DNA of 44,034 nucleotides, filler included, from Catajapyx aquilonaris (lineage: Eukaryota): the NCBI GenBank assembly GCA_000934665.2. It is 2 parts of 2 records of this genome, joined end to end, with 100 filler letters (N's around TTAATTAATTAA, not from the genome) between each part and the next. Parts side by side here need not be neighbours in the genome. Positions count along the whole stretch, not along the records: positions 1 to 22,063 come from JYFJ02005960.1; positions 22,164 to 44,034 come from JYFJ02005961.1. One strand, written 5' to 3'. Made by a program: the position numbers and the translations under genes. Position 1 is the first letter of the stretch; the number at the start of each line of letters is the position of its first letter. Of the stretch, positions 11,601-22,550 are shown piece by piece. Under the pieces are notes generated by a model, which was given only the letters and a program-made list of their open reading frames with translations, was not told the origin of the DNA and ran no database searches.

Positions 11601-14600
11601 AGGGGATATGTTACGGTTTACTCCTGATTCGTTGCTCTTGCGTCATGTAACATTCACTTTAAACCCTGCACAATTGACATGGAGCGTTCAGCACCTGCGT
11701 CAAAACCGACGGCTGTAGTGTCGCATAGATGTCGGTATGACCCCACCGGTGCCGTTGCAGACTTCTTCGTTCGGGAGTGGCTGCTTCTCGGAGCTGCTGT
11801 CTCCGTCGTACGGACTGGCCAGCCCTTTCGGAGCAGAGGCTGGCGATGTGGGCGTCGGCATGGGCCCGTCAACCCCAACCACGTCTCAGCCCATGGAGGA
11901 ATGCTCCTTCCCGCAGTCGGTGTTCCCTCCCGAGTTCATGCTGGGGCCACAGCACCACGACACCTTGTCAGCGTCGCCGGTGTCCAGCGAGCAGCAGATG
12001 CAGCAGCACTCGGTGGTCAGCAGCAGCACTTCGTCCGGATTCTCCGCCACCGCAGCAGCTGCCGCCGCGGCCGCAGCCATCGCCGTCGCCACCGTCCCGG
12101 ACACCGGTATCACACACGAGGTCCACGCCACGCCGCTACCAAGCTTCCAGGTACGCACATCTAAGGTACCCCCAAACTGTGCATTGCACTCCGCACGGTC
12201 CACCAAACCCCCTTCCGTACACCTCACCACATGTGTCATACTCCAGCCTCAGATGCAGTGTTACAACTTCCAGGAGACCTACTCTCCTCGGTACCGAAGC
12301 CGCGAAGCAGCAGCCGCGGAGATGTTCAGCTTCAAGATGGACGATGGTTCCAGGGTGCAACAGCAGCAGCAGCAGCAACAACAACAACAGCACCAAGTGG
12401 CCTCCATGGAGTGCTTCCACACCCACACGCCAACAGCCAGCCCTCCAGCACCATCCCCGCCTTTCGAGACCTTCCCGTCAGCCCAGCAACCGTCGCCATG
12501 CACAACAGCACCTTCCTTCTTCGGCCGAGGATTCGTGGCCGCAACGGCCGCTGCTGCAGCCGCGGCAGCCGCTGCTTCTTCTGCGGCCACCGGTGCGACC
12601 ACCACCACCACCTCCCCGTCGACGGCCATCACCGCTTCCGTCCCAGCCTCCGCCTCAGGAGCGCAGTTCTTCCCGACCGCCTCCCCGACCCATCCGCACC
12701 CTGCCCTCTCGCCCTTTGAGGCCCTGCCCCTGGGGCCAGAGCCCTTCACACTCCCGCCCTTCGACACCGCCGAGCTCAGCCCCTCCACCTCCGCGGTGCC
12801 CCCGACGCCTCCTCCGCGTCAAATGTCCCAGCCCTCGACCCCAACGCAGATGACCCCAACCGCCCTTCCGCCCACGCCCAGGGTACGGCGAGCCTCGTCT
12901 GCCCTCACCAGAACCGCCCCCGACGGAAGGTAAGCCCCTAGATACATTACCTCAATAATTGTGCGGTACTAATTCCGCTTTCCTGTTGCACAGTCCGGAA
13001 TCGGCAAAGCAGATGAGGTTGTCTTCGTCAGCGCCGTCGTCCACAGCGTCCTTGGCATCCACCAGCAGGACGTCCCCAGTCGAGCCCAAACCGCAGTCGC
13101 CGTCGCAACTCTGTGCAGTGTGTGGCGACACTGCAGCCTGCCAGCACTACGGTGTCCGTACCTGCGAAGGATGCAAGGTAGGATCATTAAACAACACTAG
13201 CAAAAAACCTCGATTCGTTCACTGACAATGAGTGCGGGGGTGGGGATGGGGCGATGTAGACCCTCCGGCACACAGCGAACGAATTAATAGCTCCTCCTCC
13301 CACCCACCAGAGGCGCTGCCTCCACCCCCATTGCGCCTGCGCATAACGGGGGCCAATCGGGGTAATACTATACATACGGCGGACCAATCAGAAGGCATAA
13401 CCATACAACATGAATATAGGATTTTGAGATTATAGATTGCATAGTACATCACGTAAAAATATTTACACACAAATATTGTTATCAACTTGCAACCCTCTTC
13501 AGTTAAAGTCGAGGGTACATGGAATACCAGGTGCAATGGATATATCGCTTAGCACCATCCGCACTCATCGTATCGTATCCATTGCACCTGTATACACCTA
13601 CGTCATCAATCATCAGACTATATACAGTGTGTCACGAATTCTTCTGCCAATATGATACAGGTGGAGGTGGTAGGGTGTGACTGGTGAGTACGGAAGAGGT
13701 ATGGCATGGGTCAGAAAGGCCGGCGACGATCCGTTTTGGAGATGTCGACAATGCCTATCCTGACAAGTATGGATACCCCAGTGCATCACTGCATTGCTGG
13801 TTGCCGGGACCAGGCGCTCGCACTATATACCAGACCATTGCTCAACCGCCTGACTCCGGCCTTTCGGGCCCATGCCGTTCTTCTTCCACATGCACCCCGA
13901 ACCCCGTACCATCCATATCTTTTTGGCAAACGAATTCGTGACCACCCTGTATAACTGCCAGCACTTTTTCCCCGAGTTGTCAGTTCATAAGAGCGTGTGT
14001 CATTTCAGGGTTTCTTCAAGCGAACTGTCCAGAAGGGTTCAAAGTACGTGTGTCTGGCGGAGAAGAACTGCCCGGTGGACAAGCGGCGAAGAAACCGCTG
14101 CCAGTTTTGCCGCTTCCAAAAGTGCCTGGCCGTAGGCATGGTGAAGGAGGTAGTGAGGACCGACTCCCTGAAGGGACGCCGAGGACGCCTGCCGTCCAAA
14201 CCAAAGTCGCCGCAGGAGTCTCCGCCGTCGCCTCCAGTGTCGCTCATAACCGCTTTGGTACGCGCGCACGTTGACACCACTCCTGACCTGGCCAACCTGG
14301 ACTACTCCCAGTACAAGGAGACAGGAGGTACCTCCGAAGGTGCTGGCACCCCCGGTACCGGTACCGCGTCTCCAGCCTCCACCTGCCCGTCTCCGTCAGC
14401 AGATGAAGAACAGAGCGAGGCCGACAAGATCAGGCAGTTCTACCGGCTGCTGACCACGTCCATCGACGTCATCCGAAACTTCGCCGACAAAATACCCGGC
14501 TTCTGTGACCTCTGCCGAGACGACCAGGAGCTTCTCTTCCAGTCTGCTTCCCTCGAGCTCTTCGTGCTGCGACTTGCGTACCGAACGAGGCCCAACGACA

Positions 14601-15096
14601 CCAAGTTCACCTTCTGCAATGGGGTCGTGCTGCACCGAGACCAGTGCCAGAGGAGCTTCGGAGACTGGCTGTCTGCCATCATCGAGTTCAGCAACGCTCT
14701 GCACCTCATGGAAATCGACATCTCCGCCTTCGCATCACTCTGTGCACTCACTCTCATTACTGGTGAGTACACTGCCATCTGCATGTCATAAAAGTGCCTT
14801 CAGCATCACTCTATAAGTTCGTCCCTTCCTAAATTTCAGAGCGCCATGGTTTGAAGGAGCCTCAACGTGTGGAGCAACTGCAGATGAAGATCATCAGCAG
14901 CCTCCGAGACCATGTTACGTACAATGCCGAGGCCCAGAGGAAGCCCCACTATTTCTCCAGGCTCCTGGGGAAGCTGCCGGACCTGAGATCACTCAGCGTC
15001 CAGGGGCTACAGCGCATCTTCTACCTGAAGCTCGAAGATCTGGTTCCGGCACCACCACTCATCGAAAATATGTTCGTGGCCAGCCTGCCTTTCTAA
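5661..15096 (+). CDS. Hr38: Nuclear hormone receptor HR38 (NR4A/Nurr1/NGFI-B orthologue), long isoform, ~848 aa
   Basis: Exons 5661-5877, 9785-9873, 11761-12150, 12274-12929, 12994-13177, 14009-14762, 14840-15096. All introns are GT-AG and phase-compatible, totalling 2547 nt. [65 protein letters not shown]-box [10 protein letters not shown] and LBD ending LFVLRLAYR...FVASLPF are diagnostic of NR4A. Exon 1 (MRCWW...EHDFWDL) is less certain than the rest. Confidence 0.95.
6299..6555 (+). promoter_or_regulatory. Intronic CRE-rich enhancer or alternative promoter of Hr38
   Basis: Two perfect TGACGTCA 3 bp apart (6428-6435, 6439-6446); half-sites at 6299, 6469, 6506; CCAAT at 6339 and 6518; TATATATATAA at ~6545. 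Confidence 0.6.
9008..9050 (+). promoter_or_regulatory. Candidate TATA/Inr core promoter upstream of Hr38 exon 2
   Basis: TTATATAAAA at ~9008-9017 preceded by GGGCGGGGG (8985-8993), with an Inr-like TCATATT ~33 nt downstream. Confidence 0.4.
9853..9873 (+). CDS. Hr38: Hr38 micro coding segment MLLLQLQ (start of the short, ~753 aa isoform; missed by the ORF track)
   Basis: ATG CTT CTT CTT CAG CTA CAG|GTCAGT joins in phase 0 to acceptor TTGCAG|ACTTCT at 11761, giving [24 protein letters not shown]. This resembles the N-terminus I recall for insect HR38. Confidence 0.8.
12358..12390 (+). repeat. Coding CAG/CAA repeat (poly-Gln, 11 Q) in the HR38 A/B domain
   Basis: CAA(CAG)5(CAA)4CAG in frame; poly-Ala runs occur nearby at ~12052-12078 and ~12547-12576. 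Confidence 0.9.
13625..13949. mobile_element. Tc1/mariner-type MITE in the Hr38 intron that splits the DNA-binding domain
   Basis: TA|CAGTGTGTCACGAATTCTTCTGCCAA ... TTGGCAAACGAATTCGTGACCACCCTG|TA: ~27-bp imperfect TIRs with TA on both sides. Confidence 0.75.
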
Positions 15097-17846
15097 AAGG
15101 CCAACAAACTTTAGAATGGAAAAAAAAGTGCGCCAAAAAATTACAAACAAAAAAAATTCCTCCAAGTGTCATCCGCTACAGCTTTTTCTTCATGTGCGTA
15201 TTGTACGCAATGTGTTTGGATGTGTCTGTATATTTTCCACGACTGCAGGAGGGACCTAGAGATATGAACTCATCCCAACCCCCACCCTGCCTCTACCCCC
15301 ACCCCCAAAGTGAAGTCTGTGCATCTTTTGCCCCATATATGGCGAAAAAGGCCCTAGTTCGCTAATAGACACTGTGCCAAAAAAAAGAAGAAGTATATCC
15401 GTCATATTTCCTCCCCCTGCAGGTTTTTGTTATTTTTTAATGCTTTGTGAGGTTCTTCTCTACACAACGACACAGGCACCGATCGCACCCGGTTCTAAAT
15501 ACTCTGTGTGTTCTACCTTGGTACGAACTGTGTAACAAAGCAATTTGACGGTAACAAACTTTTTTTTCTTTATTGTGATTAGTGGCAATGACTTTTACTG
15601 TTAAGCTTATTAACAATGCTGGATAATGCGACTTTCTATCTCAGAAAAAACCATGCACACACGTGTGATTATACAGTAGGAGATAAGGATTTGCGTGATA
15701 ACTGCGACGTTGGGAAGAAAATATTTCATATAGGACGGCGTAGCAATATTTTAAAATCATTTTGTCTTGTATTTTTCTACGAAGGCTATATTCATATTAT
15801 ATTCGAACAGTACACTAAAAGCAGTATTTTATGAGACATGGCAACCACACACAGTATTTTCAAACGCCATTTATCTTGGCAAGTGCTAATACCATAGCTT
15901 CAGAAATAACAGTACCATTCCAACAATAGCGTATTAAAGAATGAGTAAAAAAAAAAAAAGAGAGATGAAAACAATTCGGGGGGAAACCCATCGCCTTCAG
16001 CAGTGCATTTCCTTAAAAATGAAACATATTTGAATCATCATTTAGCCTATAAAATTTTAAACTAAATATTTCAGCCGCACACCGCTGCGGGCTATTTCAC
16101 AAACGATCTATTTTCGATAACCGTGTACAAAACTCCAACCGTCCTCGAGTAGTGCAAAAGGTGCTGAAACTGTGTAGAGAAGAGTCCGAAAAACCTACTC
16201 ATTTCACACACTCACACACAGATACACAACACACAATTTTTTTTAAAATCAGTATAAAAAATACAAGAGAAAGCCACAGCTGCCATTATTTTTTCATGAG
16301 TTGGCCGATAAAACGTATGGGAATCATTCTACATTCCAATTGGCACTTTGCTTACAAATATGATCTTAGTGTGGAGTTTGTGCAAATGCGCAAACTTCGA
16401 CTTTGGCTACTTTGGTAAAAAAAAACATAACGATATAAATGTAGCAGAATCCAGCTTGTCAATTTAGTGTAAGGGAAAATGCATATCACAGATTTGTAGA
16501 AATATATTAATAACAATGTTATTATTATTATTAAGATTGCTCTGAATCGCAATAGTTGTGCAGTTTACATGACAACATGTTGGTGCATAACGTTTGTTCT
16601 ACCAGGTATAATATAAGAAAAATACCTGATCCACAAATATCTATCTAGTCAAAGTTGAGAGGTCAATTTAATATAGGTGAACAAATAACGTCGTCTTTGT
16701 AAGCACCGACTAGTAGCAAGGCCCTTTCGAAAACAATAAAAAGCCAAACTCTGCGGTAAGGGTCATACAAAGTCAGACTGTAAAAATAAATGTACACAAC
16801 GACTCATATTTTTTTCTCACGCCTTGCCCTCTATTAGTTTTCAAGAGCGCCTTGTTACTAGTCAGAGGTCAGTACCTAAAGGCACCCTCCAGTTGACGTA
16901 ATTTGCCTTGTAACCCTCCCCCAGTCAGACCTGGCCTAATTACAATGGACTTCTCGAGAGAAATACAAAAAAAAAAAAAATGTATATTACCCCCACTTTA
17001 GGATTTCCCTCCCCCCCCCCTCCCCTCCTAACACAGTAAGCCACCTACTGTCAAATTCATTGTCTTCAACTTTGTACCATACGTCATATAGGATGTTGAA
17101 TCTATAGCTCTCCATATTGGTATAAGATATTTTTTGCACTCCGAATAGAAAACCCCGTGAGGAATATTTTCGTGAATTTTACTGGTGTACCTATTATTAT
17201 GTACTTTTAGCATAACTCTCAACAGAAAGTTTGGGAGCCGCCGAGCACGGCTTTCGATTCTTTTAAACGTCTGCACACAATTTATTCTGACCTGTTGGCA
17301 GCTGCCTGTTCGAGAAAGACGAAGTCAAACAAAAAAAAAATATATATATATAATATAATGATGATAAAATATTTATTGTTGGAGAAGTTTTTCCATTCAG
17401 CGTCTCATTGTAACGATTAAAGACCCCTCTCTATAAAAGCTTGTGTCGTATTTATTCTCAACTCTTCCCTATCTTTCCTATTACACGAACAGCACAAGTA
17501 TAAACCTACATAAGCTTTATACGCAAGTATTTATTTATACATATGTGTAAACCTACGGGATGATTCAATTGAATTAGTTATATCAAACACTTTGCTCTAA
17601 GCTGCCATTAATTAAGATCATTCCTCATTCAGTAATGAACGATCATTGCACTTTGCATGCATGAAGGAATTTCCATGTGAACCGTTTCTCTTGGATACAG
17701 CTTGTTGACAGTGTCTGGCAGTCAGTAAGCACCGGTTCTACAAGCTGGACGGGTCACAGGTCACTGCTCTCGAACAGTTCAAGGCAGTTATATTCTGGAC
17801 AAGTCTTCTATTTTTATTCTTATTTTACATTTGGCGCACATGCATA

Positions 17847-20395
17847 ATGACAATGGACCGCTCCCTTGTGGGAATGAGGCTGATCGAGCACGAGCTAGCT
17901 TTCATCAAGGAAGTGGAATCAGACTCTCGAGGTTGGGTCACACTGGGTCACAGGCTGTTCCAGTTCGACAGGGCCAACGCCTTCCTCTACGGGGTGCCCT
18001 TGGTTGGTCTGGACTTGAAGGAGATTTTCACCGAAGGTAATTATAGCAGCGGTATAATCAGAACTTGGGTAGAGACAATCACATTAGCAACATTCAACAA
18101 TATAGCTAAAACTAATCGTATGATAAAATCGGCATCACCATTGTTATTGCCATAACAACAGTAACAAATAATGTAATGTCACCTTTTAAAAATTGGAATA
18201 TACACTGTACTTCATGTCGTTAAGCATTAAGCATTAAATCATTAAGCAAATATAAAATTATGGAAGCTGCATACAAGGTGATGCTTACAATAGATTCCTC
18301 ATTCACCCAAACACATGCTCATGCGCATTTTATCAGTTGCTGGGTCAGTCAGCTTTTCTGTTCTTAATCCTCCTAAGGTTGTGGTTCATTAAAAGGAAAA
18401 TACCAAATGAAACATTATTCTCACTCACTCTTGTAGGTACTGCTGTTTACATTGAGGCATGGGAGGAGCACAGGGTGTCCGGGCTGTGGGTGGGCAGCCG
18501 TGAGCTCTACGGACAGGATGAGTACACTGCGCTTCTTGCACTGTGCCAACGATGGTCCCTCTCCGAAAGCATCAGAGACAATTTGGAGCAGAGGGCCTCG
18601 AATCTCCTTCAAGGGCCTATGCTCTGTTTGAACTGTTTGGGGCTCCCTGGCCGGCTCATCCATCTGGAATCGTCATGGGGGGTGTTGCAATGTTCCGGCC
18701 ATCTCATGGAGGTCACAGACAAGATGATTTACATGTTTGGAGTACCCATGGGTAGAATCTGCCTGCAGAGCATCTTAAAAAAAGGTACTGGTATTGTTAA
18801 GATCTGAATGGTAGATGATAATCCATAAGTTGTGGATTGCTATTGTTCATTTATTTCTAATATTGTTATCAACAATGAATAGCAATAATACACCACTTGT
18901 TCTGATTAACCATAATGCAACCCACACTGCTGCTCCAGAGTTAAAATATTACAAGGCACTAATTCCATCTCAGGCGTGGAGGTGAAGGTGGACTTTGAAG
19001 CAGGGGAGCTTCGCTACGTATACGTGGGCACAGCAAATCCAAGGGCAGCATCACTGGAGTTCCTCTCGGAGTGGTGCCTCAACCACTGCAGCCGCAGTCC
19101 AGAGCTACTCAAGCTGAAGTGTAGAGCAAGGCACTTCTCGCTACTGGATTGTGAGGATCAGGATCAGTTAATGGCTGACAGAGAAGAGAAGGAAAAGGCA
19201 CATGAAGAGATAAATAGTGTGGAGGAAACAGGCTCATGTAATGAACAGAAACTATACAACGAAGAGCCTTCAAACGATAAGGCCATCCAGCAGTCAGACA
19301 CTGATAATGAAACTTCAGAAGACGACGATGAATGCGACGTTGAATGCGACGATGAAGAAATTGAGGAAGAAGAAGTAGAAGAGGAGATCTTTGAGCAATC
19401 TGATATAGATGATGAGGAATCTGCGCCAGAGGAAGGCTCCCTGGCATGTGATGCTGATGATGAAATCTCAGACCAGGATAGGTCCCACAAGCAGGGGGAT
19501 ACTCACGATCAATCCTCAGATCATAAGTCCTGTGAGCAGGGAGATCCCGATGATAATGCCCTAAACCAGAACAAGTCCTACCAGCAGGGCGTTTATGATG
19601 ACAACACCTCAGATGCGAACAATCCCCATCAGAAATGCGATGTCGCTGATGAAATCGGAGCAACGGAGGAAAACATTTACCAGCAGTCCAATGAAGTGGT
19701 GTGCCAGCAAGAGGAAACCACTTCAACCACGGACCTGTACCCTATCGAAGAGATGATGAAAGACTCGTACAGGACACACAAAGGAGAAGTGAAAAACCAA
19801 TCTGATTCAGGCATAAACTCATCTCCACGCTCTGTGACCTCAGAGGAATCCATTTCAGGAGACTTTGCTGAAGACACCCTCATCAGCTCCTCACCGATTC
19901 CAAAGCCCCCATCATCACCTGAGCAGGTCGTTATTAGTTAATCCAACATACTGTCCACTATTTTCTTAAATTTTGCTATTGCATCACATGTCATAAAGTT
20001 ACAAAGTTCATATTAGCAAACAATGCATGATATTGCAACAATGCCCCCCTAAGCCCAAAAGGGCATCACAGGGGTTAAACAAATAAATAAATATTACAAC
20101 AATGTCATACCTTTTCTTGCCGTAGGGTGACGGTGACAAGATGCCACTGGACTCCTCCTGGGATCTGATGCTTGAAGATTTGGAGCACTGCCTGGGCGAC
20201 TTTCTTTTGAGCCAGGAACTGGTGTTGGAGAAAAGCAGGTATGCAGCACACTGCCTGTCCCGCGCTTTTGTATCGAGGTGGCGAGATGGTTACTGGACAT
20301 CTCAGAAGGCCCTCGTTCCAAGGAAGACCAACCAGGACCAGGGTGATCCAAAGCCCGACATAGTGTCAGATGATAAGCGATGCAATATCATGTAG
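17847..20395 (+). CDS. Uncharacterised protein (~586 aa): two repeated globular modules, an acidic repeat region and a helical C-terminus
   Basis: Exons 17847-18036, 18437-18784, 18974-19926, 20126-20395 with GT-AG introns of phase 1/1/0; 1761 nt, open throughout. AATAAA at 20415-20420. The start codon is uncertain (17847 or 17853). Confidence 0.8.
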
Positions 20396-20761
20396 TCGCA
20401 TTGTTTTCACTTCAAATAAAAAAGTCTTTTTTGTTGATCACTTGCCTGTTAAATATTGAAGCATTTGGCAGGAAAGAGTTTCTCAGCAAGTGGTGGTATG
20501 TATGTTTGACTTTGTTCTGTGCACAAAATGTTCATTGTGACAAAAATTTTCAACACAGGAGCTACTTTGCTGCGGAAAAGTACTGTACAACCACTCCGAG
20601 ATTGTGAGAGTGGAGAGGCAGTGGCACGTCATGTAAACACTTCGCTGCTCCTCAGTCACTGATGCTTGCACTAAACGGTCGCCTTGAAACACTAATGTCA
20701 AATCAAAAGCACATCCTTTTAATTTTGAACAAATTTTCTACCGTTGGTGTAGGTGTGCGTA

Positions 20762-21346
20762 TCAGGGAGGGGTTGGTGGGCCAACCACAAGACCGGCTGG
20801 TCCACTCCCAGTGAACCTGTCTGCATTGGATGTCTTCCCTGGAACATCAGCAGCTGGCGGTCTGACCTTCGGCCCCCCTACAGAAGCATCCCTCAGCTTC
20901 AGAGGGGTAAACCCAAGATCTTCCTTCCTCAGTCCCATTTCCACCAGCCTGGCCTGGCATGCGGCAGCCAAATCGTCATGCGCTTTGCAGGCTCTGGCCA
21001 GCTCATAATGCAAGGAACGTATGGTGGCATTCTTCTTCTCAAGGACACCGCCCAGTTGACGGGTCACTGCAGAAACAGCTTCAGGGTCCAAGTGAGCGGC
21101 GGCAACCACCTCCTGCAACTGGGCCTCCCGCTTCTCTATCAGGTCTTCGCACGCATTCAATTTCTTCTCAAGCACCGTGTTTCGCAAGCTGGCCTTTTGT
21201 TGGAGTTCCAGAACAGCAGACTCAAACTTGTTGTAGAGTTCATCCCGCTCAGATGTTGCATGCTCAAAGCGTTCTCTCAGGATCTGGTGCTCCCAGCGGA
21301 TGTCTTCAAGCTCCTTCATTGCCACCTTCAGCCTGCTCTTCGTGTG
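20762..21346 (-). CDS. GAS8: Growth arrest-specific 8 / dynein regulatory complex subunit 4, last coding exon (5' exons not in this contig)
   Basis: After acceptor TTTTACATTCGTAG the exon reads HTKSRLKVAMKELEDIRWEHQILRERFEHATSERDELYNKFESAVLELQQK...HLDPEAVSAVTRQLGGVLEKKNATIRSLHYELARACKAHDDL...LGFTPL, matching the GAS8/DRC4 C-terminal GAS domain (WEH..L, ERDELY.KF, YELA..CKAH.DL, GF.PL). Confidence 0.92.
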   Translation of the reverse strand, partial: HTKSRLKVAMKELEDIRWEHQILRERFEHATSERDELYNKFESAVLELQQKASLRNTVLEKKLNACEDLIEKREAQLQEVVAAAHLDPEAVSAVTRQLGGVLEKKNATIRSLHYELARACKAHDDLAAACQARLVEMGLRKEDLGFTPLKLRDASVGGPKVRPPAADVPGKTSNADRFTGSGPAGLVVGPPTPP

Positions 21347-22063
21347 CTACGAATGTAAAATGGCGATTTTAATTACTGTGACATTGACGCACTTGTTATT
21401 ATGAAATATTATGTTCAGAAGATTATGTGACAGTGATATGTTGTCTTTTTTTGTGCTTAGTACAGTCGCCCAAGGAAGTATCTTTACACCTCGAAAATCC
21501 CACTCATCCTGTAGGGTATGCGACACACCACAAAATCAGGGTGAAATTTTAACAGTGTGAGCGGTTCCAGGTGTAGGGGGGTGGGGAGGGGGATTGGGAA
21601 GCTGGGGGAGGTGAAAAAAAAGTACAGATAAGACCGGCGACTTGGGTGTATTGGAGGCAGGTGGCATTGACCTTCCAACTCCGGGCATGCAACCTGATAA
21701 GACTCTGGCCAAAGGAAGATAACTCATTTTGGGGCTATATTGATAAAATGTGCATTTCCCCCTCACGCACTTGAGTCCGAAGGCGAGGCAATAGTGCTGG
21801 CAATGTAGCCACATTAGTGGCGGTGACAGTTGCCTTAGATTACTGATTAATAAGACATAATGAGTTGTGCAGTTGTAAGGAAATGTCAGCTGTCAATCAC
21901 CAGTCCTATTCCCTAGCATAATTGCAAGCATAAATAACGCAACATTTACACTCACAAACATCTTAAAACTTAAGATAACTGAACAGCAGATGTCACACTG
22001 CAGCACAAATATTGCAAATTTAATTCACGTGGAATGGAAAAGTCCAATGATTAGCGGAAAATG

Positions 22064-22163
22064 NNNNNNNNNNNNNNNNNNNNNNNNNNNNNNNNNNNNN
22101 NNNNNNNTTAATTAATTAANNNNNNNNNNNNNNNNNNNNNNNNNNNNNNNNNNNNNNNNNNNN
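22064..22163. other. Assembly gap / artificial contig spacer
   Basis: 44 N + TTAATTAATTAA (22108-22119; stops in all six frames) + 44 N = exactly 100 nt. Confidence 0.95.
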
Positions 22164-22550
22164 AAATCACAGCTCCAATCCTGCAGCAGGTGGAACTGTG
22201 ATATTTTGAACATAGATCCACACCATCCCACTGCACCTTCGGCCCTTTGACGAAGAAACCGAATTCCGAATAGTTATTGAGCAAAAAAATTGAGACGTAT
22301 TTTGTGGTGGTTTTAAATTTTTTGCGGCGTTTTGAAGAGGAATTAAGTAAAAGTGTAAATGGTAGGAAATCAAGTCACGACGGTGGGGATCTGTGTTCAA
22401 AATTTGGAAGCTCTACCTACAGCAGAACTGGAGTTAGGGCGAATAAAAAAAACGTAACAAGAACAACAAGAAGAAGAAGTAGGAAAAATTCATTGTTGAA
22501 ACATTGTTGAAATCTATGCTACGGTCTTACTTAAGGGCTATCGCCCTTAA
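22164..22550 (+). mobile_element. Helentron-associated (HINE/DINE-1-like) non-autonomous element, 3' part
   Basis: Imperfect internal inverted repeat (22170-22197 vs 22409-22437), CAAAATTTGGAAGCTCTA core, AAC/AAG microsatellite at ~22456-22480, and terminal hairpin TTAAGGGC-TATC-GCCCTTAA (22531-22550). Confidence 0.45.

Noticed and set aside
11679..12853. Long overlapping and antisense ORFs (358, 169, 162 aa)
   Set aside because: Shadow frames of GC-rich, low-complexity Hr38 exons.
19109..19726. Antisense ORFs of 205 and 108 aa
   Set aside because: Shadows of the acidic exon on the plus strand.
20753..21372. Plus-strand ORFs of 201 and 137 aa
   Set aside because: Antisense to the coiled-coil GAS8 exon.
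21471..21745. TA|CAGTCGCCCAAGGAAG, a possible Tc1 MITE in the GAS8 intron
   Set aside because: The putative right end is too degenerate to support.
22108..22119. TTAATTAATTAA palindrome
   Set aside because: An assembly linker centred in an N run; not biological.
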